Assembly (NCBI GenBank): GCA_047601445.1
Contig: JASGJH010000001.1
Span: forward strand, 2,240,001-2,304,000
Reading direction: 5' to 3'
Length of the DNA stretch: 64,000 nt
From: Myxococcales bacterium
Lineage (GTDB): Bacteria; Myxococcota_A; Polyangia; Polyangiales; DASUME01
A program made the position numbers and the translations under genes. The notes beneath the pieces are model-generated. The model saw only the letters and a list, made by a program, of their open reading frames with translations, had not been told where the DNA came from and did no database searches. Position 1 is the stretch's first letter, and every line of letters starts with the position of its first letter. Positions 1-9,794 of the stretch are shown here, in pieces.

Positions 1-296
1 CCTTCATGAGCTTCCTCTCACTGGGAATGGGTCCACGCGAGGTGCACATGTACTCGCACCGCGTCACGCACGAAGCCCCCACGCTGCACTACGTGATCAC
101 CGGTAGCGCCGGGCACGGCATGGGACAGAAGCGGGTCCACGGTCGACCGGGCTGCAAGATCGAGGCGCGCGCGGGCGGCGGCTTCTTGCTGCGCGACCTG
201 GCGCCACCGCGCGGAACCGAGGGCGGCGAGCTCGGCGTGGAGGACCTCACGTTTCGCGCCTTCGAGTCGCTGCTGTGCGGGCCGCCCAACGATTGA
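1..296 (+). CDS. hypothetical protein, probably 5'-truncated at the window edge; possibly a degenerate FHA-like C-terminus
   Basis: Open frame with GC-rich codon usage ending at TGA 294-296; CKIEARAGGGFLLRDL weakly resembles an FHA strand motif. Confidence 0.35.
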   Translation, partial: FMSFLSLGMGPREVHMYSHRVTHEAPTLHYVITGSAGHGMGQKRVHGRPGCKIEARAGGGFLLRDLAPPRGTEGGELGVEDLTFRAFESLLCGPPND

Positions 297-348
297 AAGC
301 CTCCACTCCAGGTTCGTCTTCGGCGGCCGAGCTGCTACATCGCGGGCC

Positions 349-1312
349 ATGGAGACCCTGATCCTCACGCATCGAGAGGTTCGCGCGCTGGCCGATATGC
401 AGCTCGCCGTGGACGCCGTGGAAGGAGCCTTCCGCGCCTACGCCGAGGGCCACGCCCGGATGCCCTCCAAGGTGTACCTCGAGCTGCCGGAGTTCGACGG
501 CGACTTTCGCGCCATGCCTTCGCTGCTCGGCGACTACGCAGGGGTCAAGTGGGTGAACGCCCATCCCTTCAATCAAGCGCGCCATGGCTTGCCCACGGTG
601 ATGGGCACCTACGTGCTCAGCGATCCCAAGACGGCGTTCCCGCTCGCCATCATGGATGCCACCTTCCTCACCGCGTTGCGCACGGGCGCTGCGGCCGGCG
701 TGGCCACCAAGCACCTCGCGAACCTACCGCTCACGCGCGTGGGGTTCGTGGGTTGCGGCGTGCAAGCACGGATGTTCCGAGACGCCCACCGCACACTCGG
801 TAACTTCGAGATTCTTGGCAGCCGACTTGAACCAGAGCGCTGCAGAGCGCTTCGTGGCGGAGTCAGGCGGTGGTCGCGTGGTTAGCATCGAGGAAGCCGC
901 GGGCTGTCCAGTGGTGTGCATCGCCACGCCGTCGCTGACACCTGTGTTGTTGCGCGCCTGGATCCGCCCCGGGACGCACATCAACGCCATGGGCGCCGAC
1001 GGCCCCGGGAAGCAAGAGCTCGATCCCCAGATCGTGCGCGAAGCACGGGTGGTGGTGGACGAGCCCGATCAGTCCATCCATGGGGGCGAACTCAACGTGC
1101 CGATCAGCCAGGGCCTGTTCGGCCCCGACATCATCGGGGCCACCTTGGGCGATGTGATCGCTGCCAAGGCACCCGGGCGACAGAGCCCGGAGCAAATCAC
1201 CATCTTCGACTCCACCGGCCTGGCCATCCAAGATGTGGCGGTGGCGCAGGCGGTGTACCAGCGTGCCAAGGAGCGGGGTGTAGGAAGCCGCGTCGCGCTC
1301 GTACCAACCTGA
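349..1312 (+). CDS. ornithine cyclodeaminase / mu-crystallin (alanine dehydrogenase-like) family protein, split by a +1 frameshift at 810-814
   Basis: ORF 349-885 has MPSKVYL, GVKWVNAHP, LTALRTGAA, GCGVQA. ORF 656-1312 has GTHINAMGAD, KQELD, ITIFDSTGLAIQD. Removing one T from GATTC (810-814) gives a single 320-aa ORF. Confidence 0.88.
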
Positions 1313-1429
1313 TGACGCTTTGTCAGCCGGGCTCCCGCGGGCCCTGGCAGGTTTTGCCAATTTGTCCGTTACTCGCCCCAAACCCATGTATTTTCGGGCC
1401 TGTCCCCATGGACCGGGACTTGCTATGAG

Positions 1430-2695
1430 GTGCGTGCCATGCCCGTCATGTCCGGTTCCAAGCTGAACCTTCGTCAGGCACTCGTTAGCCTGGGCGTCGT
1501 CCTCGCGACCGCCGTGCCCGCAGCCGCGCAATCGCCGACCACCGGGCCGGTGACGTCGTTCCCCCCCAACGTGGCCGTCAAGATCGATGGCGACGAGAAG
1601 GCCGTGGGCGACCGGTTGTTCGTCAATCGCAAGCAGTGCTTTGGCTCCCAGGCCAACGAAGGTGACGCGGGCACGGGGGCCGAGACCGCCGACGATGGCG
1701 GCACGGACGCCGGCACCAGCGCCGACGCCGGCACCAGCTCCGATGGCGGGGTCAACGGCAGCACCTCGGCGCTCAAGCTCATCACCAAGGCCACCACGGG
1801 CGACGGTGCTCCCATCCAGGTCACGCTCACCAACCTGAATACTCAAGCCACCCAGGCCACCGTCATGGAGTTCTGGATGGGCATGGGCTCCCAGGATTGC
1901 TTCGGGGCCACCAACCGCACCTCCACCTCGGCCAACCCTGGCAAGCCCGCCTGCAAGAAGGTCGGGGAAATTCGCAACCTCGACGCCAGGAAGCAGGTCA
2001 TCAACTTCACGGCGCAGGAGTTGTTCACGGATCCATACTCGACCGGCATCTGCACGTTGCAGGGCCTGTGGACCCTGTGGCTCGTGCCCCTGACGAACCC
2101 CACGCCGGTCAGCGGCACGCCGGAGAACGGCATCGGGACCCCCATCTACGTGAAGTTCGAGCCGGACTTCACGCCGCTGGCAGCCGTGACCTCCGTGAAG
2201 GGTGGGCGCGGCGAGACCCAGGTCACTGTGAGCTGGAACATGGCGTCGGGCGCCAACAGTCTCACCAACTACCACGTCTATTTCGACACCAGTGCGCCTT
2301 TGCCTTCAGGCTCGGGCCCCTGCACCTCGAGCTTGCTCGTCCAGGGCCAAAATCTACCGCTCGACACCACGGGGTTGAAGAGTGAGCCGCCCACCAAGGG
2401 CACCAGCATCACCGTCAACCCCGACAGCCTCAACCTCGACTTCAACCAGCGCGTGGCCACCGCCGTGGTGTCGGTGGACGCCGCGGGCAACGAGAGCGAG
2501 GTCTCGAACGTGGTCTGCGTGGAGCGCGTCTCCACCACGGGCTTCTGGGATGCCTGCAACATGAACGGCAACTGCAAGGATGACTTCAACAGCTGCAGCC
2601 TGTCGTTCGGCGACAAGAGCCGCTTGGGCTGGTTGGGCTGGTCGCTCGGTGCGCTTGGAGTCGCGCTGTGGCTGCGCCGTAGGAGGACCGTGTGA
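1430..2695 (+). CDS. secreted cell-surface protein with FN3-like region and MYXO-CTERM-type C-terminal anchor (MXAN_2561-like)
   Basis: N-terminal signal peptide (LVSLGVVLATAVPAAAQ); FN3-like VSVDAAGNESEVSNVVC; C-terminal CS-linker-hydrophobic helix-RRRR. Confidence 0.7.
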   Translation: MRAMPVMSGSKLNLRQALVSLGVVLATAVPAAAQSPTTGPVTSFPPNVAVKIDGDEKAVGDRLFVNRKQCFGSQANEGDAGTGAETADDGGTDAGTSADAGTSSDGGVNGSTSALKLITKATTGDGAPIQVTLTNLNTQATQATVMEFWMGMGSQDCFGATNRTSTSANPGKPACKKVGEIRNLDARKQVINFTAQELFTDPYSTGICTLQGLWTLWLVPLTNPTPVSGTPENGIGTPIYVKFEPDFTPLAAVTSVKGGRGETQVTVSWNMASGANSLTNYHVYFDTSAPLPSGSGPCTSSLLVQGQNLPLDTTGLKSEPPTKGTSITVNPDSLNLDFNQRVATAVVSVDAAGNESEVSNVVCVERVSTTGFWDACNMNGNCKDDFNSCSLSFGDKSRLGWLGWSLGALGVALWLRRRRTV

Positions 2696-3387
2696 TGCGT
2701 ATCGCGTCGCTGCTCGTGCTGACGCTAGTGAGTTGCTTCGTTTCGACGACTGCCTTCGCCAGAGCACCAGACACCTTCGAAGAGAACTACACCAAACCCG
2801 CGCTGATCGAGTCGCCCATGTGGATGGCGCTCGAGCTCAAGGCCGGTCCTTACGTTCCCGGCGATTCGAGTGCCATCAAGGACACCTTCGGCGGCGACAA
2901 GGGCTGGATGCTCAGCACGGAGGTCGACTTCACGCTGGTGCACATTCCCAAGGTCGGCCAGTTCAACCTGGGCGCGGGCTTCGGCTGGGCCTCCTACAAG
3001 GCCAAGGCCAGGGACGAGAACGGTGTGAAGACCAGCGAAGAGACCAAGCTGGTGCTCTATCCGCTGAGCGCCCTGGCTGTATTGCGTATCGACGCCCTGG
3101 CGCGTGAGACGGTCATTCCGCTGACTTTCGCGGGCAAAATCGGCTTCGAATCCGTGCGCTGGAAGAGCACCACCGGCGACCGCACCGACGCCAGCGGCTT
3201 CAACAACGGCCTGCGCTGGGGCGCCCAGGCAGCCTTCGAACTCGACTGGTTCGATCGCCGCGCTGCACGCCGCATGGATGAAGAGTGGGGCGTGAACCAC
3301 ACGTTCCTGCTGTTCGAGTACTACGACTCGATGACCAAGGGTACGGGCGACCGCACGTACCAAATCGGCGTCGGCACCCAGTTCTGA
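2692..3387 (+). CDS. outer-membrane beta-barrel protein (MXAN_2562-like)
   Basis: Signal peptide, alternating amphipathic strands, C-terminal Phe (YQIGVGTQF); start overlaps the upstream stop (GTGTGATG). Confidence 0.7.
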   Translation: MMRIASLLVLTLVSCFVSTTAFARAPDTFEENYTKPALIESPMWMALELKAGPYVPGDSSAIKDTFGGDKGWMLSTEVDFTLVHIPKVGQFNLGAGFGWASYKAKARDENGVKTSEETKLVLYPLSALAVLRIDALARETVIPLTFAGKIGFESVRWKSTTGDRTDASGFNNGLRWGAQAAFELDWFDRRAARRMDEEWGVNHTFLLFEYYDSMTKGTGDRTYQIGVGTQF

Positions 3388-3388
3388 C

Positions 3389-4234
3389 GTGTGCCCTGCG
3401 CGTCGCCAGAAGCCCCCACGCGGGCCGACTCCCATTGACACCGAAGACGGCGGCGAACTGCACGGTGTGCGCCTGGTGCTCGCCTACGATGGCACCGATT
3501 TCTGCGGTTTCCAGCGGCAGAACGGTCAGCGCACGGTGCAAGAAGAGCTCGAGCGTGCCGCGGCGCAAATGGCCGGACACCCGGTCCAAGTAAAGGCCGC
3601 GAGTCGCACCGACTCCGGGGTGCACGCGCTCGGTCAGGTAGCGGCCTTCGACAGTCGCCGCGATATCCCGGCGCGCGGTTGGATGCTGGGGCTGCACGCG
3701 CACCTGCCCGACGACGTTCGCGTGCAGAGCGCCAGCGCCTGCGCGGCGGGCTACAACCCGCGCTTCGATTCACTCGGCAAGCGTTACCGCTACATGCTGC
3801 AGCTCGGGGAAGCCAAGAACCCATTGTTGCGACACCGCGCCTGGCAGCTCGGACACATCCGGGTCGATCCGGGGCTGATGCGCGAGGCGGCCCAACACCT
3901 CGAGGGCACACACGACTTCGCCGCGTTCCGCTCGGCCGACGACGAGCGCGAGAGCACCGTGAGGACCCTGTGGTCGGTGGGCGTGCTGGAGGGCTTCGCG
4001 GGTGACCCATCCCTGCTCGCCATCGCGGTGCACGGCAACGCGTTCATGAAGAACATGGTGCGCATCCTGGCGGGCACGCTGGTGGCTGTGGGCCGAGGGC
4101 GACTGCGTCCAGACCACATGCTGGAGCTGCTCAAGCCGGGAGCGGACCGAGCGGGAGCCGGTGATACGGCACCAGCGCACGGACTCACGTTGCTGGAAGT
4201 GGAGCTCGGTCGCCTGGCGCTCGAGCGGGCCTGA
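3389..4234 (+). CDS. truA: tRNA pseudouridine(38-40) synthase
   Basis: LAYDGTDFCGFQRQ, ASRTDSGVHALGQV, GTHDFAAF, GNAFMKNMVRILAGTL, TAPAHGLTL; exact start uncertain. Confidence 0.95.
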   Translation: MCPARRQKPPRGPTPIDTEDGGELHGVRLVLAYDGTDFCGFQRQNGQRTVQEELERAAAQMAGHPVQVKAASRTDSGVHALGQVAAFDSRRDIPARGWMLGLHAHLPDDVRVQSASACAAGYNPRFDSLGKRYRYMLQLGEAKNPLLRHRAWQLGHIRVDPGLMREAAQHLEGTHDFAAFRSADDERESTVRTLWSVGVLEGFAGDPSLLAIAVHGNAFMKNMVRILAGTLVAVGRGRLRPDHMLELLKPGADRAGAGDTAPAHGLTLLEVELGRLALERA

Positions 4235-4243
4235 GCGTCCCTT

Positions 4244-5760
4244 TCAGAGCAGCTCGAGCACCGGCGTGCAGTTCCCCTGCTCGCAGACGAGGGCCGCTGA
4301 GCAGTCGAGAATCGTTGGCGCAACCGGGCGGCGCGGGCGGCGGTTCGGGCGGCGGTTCGGGAGGAGGCACGCACTTGTCGCCTCCGTCCGAGTCCATGAT
4401 GGCGCGGTCGTAGTGCATGTCGTGGGCCCCCGAGACCTCCACGTCATGAGCGAACAGGGATCCGTAGATGTCGTCTGCTCCGCCCACGTTCACGCGGGCA
4501 TGGGGCGCGTAGAGGTTGGCCGAGAACACCATGGCGCCCTTGATGTCGATGTCATCGCTGCCGGCCACGTAGAAGCGCAGCGCTGCCGGACGTGCCGTGG
4601 AGCCCACGGTGCCGGAGCCGCTCAGGCGCAGGTTTCCCGAGACGAAGACATCGAGCTCGCCCTCGTCGCCGACGTCCACGCCGAAGTCGCCTGCGACGTC
4701 GAGATCTCCTTCGATGAAGATGGCGGTGCGTCCGTGCGCGTGAATGGTGTTGGCAGCGCCGCTGATGGTGCTCGCCGTGAAAAAGAAGCGCCCGCAATCG
4801 AGGGTCAGCCCCCCGGTGCCGCTCATGTTCAGGGTGGCGTCCTGTCCAAGGCCGAGATCGGCGTTGTGGTTGTGGGCCTTGCCGTCCGCGACGATGGCCG
4901 CGATGTCGACGATGGAAGCCGCATCGCAGGCGCAGGGCGGCGCGACGCTGAAGCTCTCTTGCGTGTTCTTCTTTCCGCCCACGCTCAAGCTCGACGACAG
5001 TTGGTGGCCCGCGGTCTGATACAGGTCTCCGGTCACGCCGATCTCCGCGCCTGCCGCGGCGATGTCGTTGTTGACCCAGAGGTCGCGGCGGAACGAGATG
5101 GCAACGCCCGAGATGTCGAGCGCAGCGTTGGTGCGTAGGTTGCCGTCGATGCGCACCGAGCTGCCGCTGATCTCCAGCGTGCCGGTGCCGGATGCGATCA
5201 GGGAGCCGAAGATGCGCAGCCCGCCCTGGGTCGTGAAGTTGCCGTTGGTGCCGACGCTGGCGCCGCTCTTGTTGGTGTCCGCAGGATGGTCGGAGTCGAG
5301 CGCATCGATGACGAACGAGCCGGGCAATGCCAGAATCGCTGCAGCTACAGATGCCGAACTGGAAGATGCGCGAAGCGAGCCCGGTGGTGCAGACCTGATC
5401 GGTGACACCGCCGTCCGTGGTGCCGGGAACCCGGACCTCCACGGGCGCTCCTTCGCCGGCGCAGTAGGCCTCACGCGTCTCGAACCCGAGCACGATGCCG
5501 GAGTCCTCGACTACTTCGACCGAGCCGTCGCCCTGCGCGCCGGCATCGACGTCGAAGCCGGGGAGCTGAGCGTCCTGCTCCTTCTCTACGGCGGCGTCGG
5601 ACAGCGGAGTGCCCGCGTCTTCATCTGCGGGGCGATCTTTCAGTTGGGCGTTCGATCCCTTGGCACATCCAGCCTCGGATCCTGCAAGCGCGCATGACAC
5701 GAACAGCGTGGCCAACAGACTCAAACTCGACGAGTCCTTCTTACTAGTCAGCTTTCCCAT
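4244..5760 (-). CDS. secreted/lipoprotein-like Cys- and Gly-rich beta-helix-type protein (DUF7305-like C-terminal domain), interrupted by two +1 frameshifts (5333-5337 and 4309-4313)
   Basis: Three overlapping ORFs (4552-5793, 4185-5474, 4244-4447) join into 504 aa after removing one base at each GAATC; ANLYAPHA..IYGSLFA..MHYDRAI motif; Pro-rich linker; Cys-rich tail. Confidence 0.65.
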
Positions 5761-6001
5761 CCTCTGCAAAGTCGCACCCTCCAGCACAAACATGCACGGA
5801 CGAGTACGCGCCTGCGAAGGCTATTTCCCTCGTGAAAATAGGCCTCAACCCAAGACTGGCGCGGCACTTTGCGGACGCCGCTCGGCCTAGCTTGGTGCCA
5901 TGCGAGTCGCATCGTGGAGCGGTCTCGACGCGCTCCGCGGTCGAGCATGACGGGGCGCTTGCGCGCTGCGCGAAGCCGCGTGGAGCGCAGCGTTTTCGCG
6001 T

Positions 6002-6784
6002 TCAGGCGGGAGGAACGGGTGTGGCCGGACGGGAGGCGCGCTCGACCTGCGCGAGCGGCATCGCGGAGAGCTCGGCGATCCGTGAACGCACTGCGTCGGA
6101 AAGTGAATCGGCGTCGGAAAAGTTGGCCGGCGCAATCGGTGAGCCAATGTGCACACTGACGTTGCCCGGATGAATGACGAGCTCGTCGCGCGTCATGATG
6201 CTGCGCGTGCCGCGAATGCCCACCGGCACGATCGGGACGTTGGCCTGGCGTGCGAGGTGGAAGCCGCCCTTTTTGAAGGCCTGCACTCGCTCCTCACCGC
6301 CGCGCGTGCCTTCCGGGAAGACCACGATGGATGCACCCGCCGCAACCTGTCGAGCGGCGTCGTCGAGGGCCTGCACCGCGCGCTCACGTCGGCCACGATC
6401 GATGAAGACGTGTCCTCCCGCCACCATGGCCTGCCCGAGGAAGGGCACGCGCCGCAACTCCTTCTTGGCGAGGAAGCCCACGTTCATCGGCAACGCGATG
6501 AACAGCGCCACGATGTCGACGTGCGACAGGTGGTTCGCCATGAACACGTAGGTGCCATCGGCATCGATGCGGTCTCGACCGACCGCCTCGACGTTCATTC
6601 CCCAGCCCCCCGCCATGCCTTCGGCCCACTTGCGTGTCGCCCAACGAAAGCCGACTCGACTGCGGGTCACCGCGTAGATCGGCAGAAAGGTACTGCACAT
6701 GAAAACGGTCCAGCTAATGGCGTGACCCGTGTTGGCTACGGAACGAAATGAAGCCATGTGACGAAGGACCGTACACCGCTCCAC
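6002..6784 (-). CDS. plsC: 1-acyl-sn-glycerol-3-phosphate acyltransferase (lysophospholipid acyltransferase family)
   Basis: NHLSHVD, FLAKKEL, VFIDRG, FPEGTRG, FKKGGF motifs; true start may be the internal Met (MASFRS). Confidence 0.88.
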   Translation of the reverse strand: MERCTVLRHMASFRSVANTGHAISWTVFMCSTFLPIYAVTRSRVGFRWATRKWAEGMAGGWGMNVEAVGRDRIDADGTYVFMANHLSHVDIVALFIALPMNVGFLAKKELRRVPFLGQAMVAGGHVFIDRGRRERAVQALDDAARQVAAGASIVVFPEGTRGGEERVQAFKKGGFHLARQANVPIVPVGIRGTRSIMTRDELVIHPGNVSVHIGSPIAPANFSDADSLSDAVRSRIAELSAMPLAQVERASRPATPVPPA

Positions 6785-6917
6785 TACGGGCGTCGAGACC
6801 AGCCCGGCGTTCGGGACACTCGCGCGGGAGTTTCATCCCAGCTTTCTCCGCTTCGCTCCCTCCGCGGCTCCCAAGCGGTGTTACCCTAAGCCGTGACACT
6901 CGCTTTGGGTCGAGGCG

Positions 6918-8105
6918 ATGCGCAACACGGCGAAAACCGGCAAGCGTTCGAGCTTCTTGTACCGCGTGCTCACCAGTTTCTCGTGCGCCTGGCTGGCCTG
7001 CGTTTGCCTCGAACCGCGCGCCGCGCGCGCCGAGGATAATCCGCGTCCCCCTGCAGACGTGCTCGGAACCCGCGTAGCCCCGCTGGAGTTGCCCGCGCTT
7101 CCGAAGAGCTTCGTCGAAGAGCGCGTAGGCCATGTGCGTTGGGCCTATCACCCGTCCGCTACGGAGGTGGTCCAGAAGTTGGAGCGCGAGCTGCCGGCCC
7201 TGTATCGGCGCATCACGCGAGAACTCGGCGCGGAAGAGGAAGCGAGCTCGGGCAGCGAAATCGTGATCCGCATCGCGCGTGGACCGGAGGACATGCGCGC
7301 GTTGACGCCGCACGCCGCTCCGCCGCCCTCCTACGCCGTCGGCGTCGCGTACCCCGCGCTCGGGTTGGTGGTACTGAGCGTGGTGAATCCGCAGAGCTGG
7401 TTGCCGCCCGACCTCTCGAGTGTGCTGACCCACGAGCTCTCGCACATCGCGCTGCAGCGCGCCGTGGACGGTCGCCCCTTGCCGCTGTGGTTCGTGGAAG
7501 GGATGGCCGTGCACCAAGCGGGGGAGCAGAACCTGCAACGAGTGCAAACGCTATGGGAGGCGGCTGCCGTCGACGAGGTGCTGCCGCTCTCCGCGCTGTC
7601 TCGCAACTTCCCGGCGCGCGCGCACGAAGTGAACCGGGCCTACGCGCAGAGCGCGGATCTGGTCGAGCATCTCTTGCGGAACAACAGCGATCGCGAACGC
7701 CTTCCCGAGCTCCTGCGGCGCGTGGCCGAGGGCATGAGCTTCGAGGACGCGATCCTCACTGCCTACCACATCGACCTCGCCTACCTGGACCGAGAATGGC
7801 GCCAGGCCCTGGGCGAGCGCTTTCGTGTGCTGCCTCTCGTTTTGACCGGTACCGCACTCTGGGGTGGGATCGCGGTCCTGGCGGTGCTGGCCTTCGTGAG
7901 ACGCCGGCGCGATCACCACGCCAAGCTGGCGCGCTGGGCCGAGGAAGAAGCCGCCCACGAGCGCGCCCTGCAGACGCTCGAGCTCACACGGCAAGCGGCG
8001 CTGCGGGAGGAGGTCCTGCGCGAGTCCAATGTCGTTCCAAGCCTCCCTAGAGACTCAGGGATTCCCACCATCGACTACGAGGGACAGCGCCACACGCTCC
8101 ATTGA
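6918..8105 (+). CDS. peptidase MA-family zinc metallohydrolase with C-terminal membrane anchor
   Basis: HELSH (HExxH) followed by PLWFVEGMA; AYAQS motif; signal peptide and C-terminal TM helix. Confidence 0.8.
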   Translation: MRNTAKTGKRSSFLYRVLTSFSCAWLACVCLEPRAARAEDNPRPPADVLGTRVAPLELPALPKSFVEERVGHVRWAYHPSATEVVQKLERELPALYRRITRELGAEEEASSGSEIVIRIARGPEDMRALTPHAAPPPSYAVGVAYPALGLVVLSVVNPQSWLPPDLSSVLTHELSHIALQRAVDGRPLPLWFVEGMAVHQAGEQNLQRVQTLWEAAAVDEVLPLSALSRNFPARAHEVNRAYAQSADLVEHLLRNNSDRERLPELLRRVAEGMSFEDAILTAYHIDLAYLDREWRQALGERFRVLPLVLTGTALWGGIAVLAVLAFVRRRRDHHAKLARWAEEEAAHERALQTLELTRQAALREEVLRESNVVPSLPRDSGIPTIDYEGQRHTLH

Positions 8106-8160
8106 TTCGCGCATCGTTTGACGGGGAGCGGTTGGATGCCCCATTGTAAGGGAGGGCAGG

Positions 8161-9354
8161 TTGCGCGTGATTGTGGGCGAACGAGGGCGTTCAAAGGGGC
8201 TGCGCGGGTCGTTGGCGCGGCTCGCGTCGCATTTCGGATCCGTGAACGACGGGCAGCGCGCCCGGCGTCAAGCCGAGGAGCGCGCCCGGCTCGCCATGAT
8301 GCACCCGCGGGAGCGGCGGGCTCAGGCCCTGCGGCGGCTCGTGAAGGGCGGTGTGGCCCTGTCGGTGTTCGTGCTGGCCCTGGGCTTCGTCTACGTGGAT
8401 TTCGGGACCAAGGCCGTGCACGCGATCGTGCCTACGCAGCCATCCCGCGCCGCCGCCAAGGCGGACCCCGTGCAACCCGGACCGAAGGCGTCCCCGCCGC
8501 CGCCTAGCGGCACCACGGCCGACCTGGTGGTCCTGGTCTCGTTCGACGGTCTCCGGCCCGACGCCATCACGCCCGGTATGCGGGCGCTCCACAAGCTCTA
8601 CCTGCAGGGCGCGTCGCCGCAGCTGGCGCGCACCATCGACAAGTCGGCCACCCTGCCCTCGCACGCCTCCATGGTGAGCGGCGTCAACCCCGACGAGCAT
8701 GGCCTGGACTTCAACGCCTACCGGCCCGACCGCGGCGTGATTTCGCGCCCCACCGTGTTCTCCGTGGCGCACGCGGCAGGCCTGCCCACGTCGATGTTCG
8801 TGGGCAAGAACAAGCTCAAGCATCTCCTGGCTCGCCCCACCGACGCTGAGTTCAAGATGGGCGGCATGCTGTGCGAGAAGTTGCTCAAGTTCGCCCTGCC
8901 CCACCTGCGTGAGGCCAAGAAGGGCCTGGTCTTCTTGCACTTCGCAGACGTCGACAGCGCCGGTCACCGCGTGGGCTGGATGACCGACGAGTACATGGAA
9001 GCCGCCTACACGGCCGACCGCTGTCTGGACACCGTGATGGACACGCTGGTGGAGGCCGGCCGGCTTGATCGCACGCTGCTGATCGTCACGTCAGACCACG
9101 GCGGACACAACCGCGGCCACGGCACCCGGCTGGACGTCGATCAGCGCATTCCCTGGTTTGCCTGGGGCGCAGGCGTCAAGCGTGGGCGCATCGCACGATC
9201 CGTGCACACCACGGACACTGCAGCCACCGTGATGGCGGCGCTGGGCTTGGCCCTGCCCGCTGGCACCCACGGACAGCCGGTCACCGAGGCCTTCTCGAGG
9301 CCGCTGGGACCTGCCGGGATGCCCATGGTTGGCGCGCCCGTGGGCACCCCCTGA
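8161..9354 (+). CDS. alkaline phosphatase superfamily / nucleotide pyrophosphatase-phosphodiesterase, membrane anchored
   Basis: VSFDGLRPD, TLPSHASM (Thr nucleophile), DSAGH, TSDHGG motifs; N-terminal TM; start uncertain. Confidence 0.82.
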   Translation: MRVIVGERGRSKGLRGSLARLASHFGSVNDGQRARRQAEERARLAMMHPRERRAQALRRLVKGGVALSVFVLALGFVYVDFGTKAVHAIVPTQPSRAAAKADPVQPGPKASPPPPSGTTADLVVLVSFDGLRPDAITPGMRALHKLYLQGASPQLARTIDKSATLPSHASMVSGVNPDEHGLDFNAYRPDRGVISRPTVFSVAHAAGLPTSMFVGKNKLKHLLARPTDAEFKMGGMLCEKLLKFALPHLREAKKGLVFLHFADVDSAGHRVGWMTDEYMEAAYTADRCLDTVMDTLVEAGRLDRTLLIVTSDHGGHNRGHGTRLDVDQRIPWFAWGAGVKRGRIARSVHTTDTAATVMAALGLALPAGTHGQPVTEAFSRPLGPAGMPMVGAPVGTP

Positions 9355-9569
9355 CAAGCACGGCCGCGCCGTTGAGGGCCGGGCGTGGTTGTCAGCGCGG
9401 CTCGATAGCTTGGTAACCAGTCGACCTGAAAACAGCGCACGGGCACGCCAGTGAGGCAATACTCACAGGTCCATGCGGCTTCCAGGAGCCAGGTGGAAAT
9501 GACGAACGGGCACGCCGGTGAGGCATGCCCGTCATGCAGCGCTCCAGTGGGAAGCGCTTCCCGAACCCT

Positions 9570-9707
9570 TCAGGCCTGTTCGGCCTTGGTGGGATCGAGG
9601 GGGAACTTGGGCGTCCCAGCCAGCATGCGCTCACGCTTCTGGGCGCGTCCAAGGCGACGCTTGCGGATGCGACGGCGCGCCTTCGTGATGGTGGTATTCG
9701 ACGGCAT
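9570..9707 (-). CDS. small basic hypothetical protein, 45 aa (MPSNTTITKARRRIRKRRLGRAQKRERMLAGTPKFPLDPTKAEQA)
   Basis: Not in the ORF track (<60 aa). ATG at 9707 preceded by a GGGAGAG RBS; GC3-rich codons; TGA at 9570-9572. Confidence 0.75.
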   Translation of the reverse strand: MPSNTTITKARRRIRKRRLGRAQKRERMLAGTPKFPLDPTKAEQA

Positions 9708-9734
9708 GATCTCTCCCGTTGACTAGGGCGGCGA

Positions 9735-9763
9735 TGTGTAGCCGGGCCCCCCCGGTGGGTCAA
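9735..9763 (-). promoter_or_regulatory. sigma70-like promoter for the 45-aa ORF
   Basis: TTGACC (9763-9758), 17-nt spacer, TACACA (9740-9735), 27 nt upstream of the ATG. Confidence 0.5.
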
Positions 9764-9794
9764 GTAGAACCGGGGAGCCGAGGGTGTATCCTGG

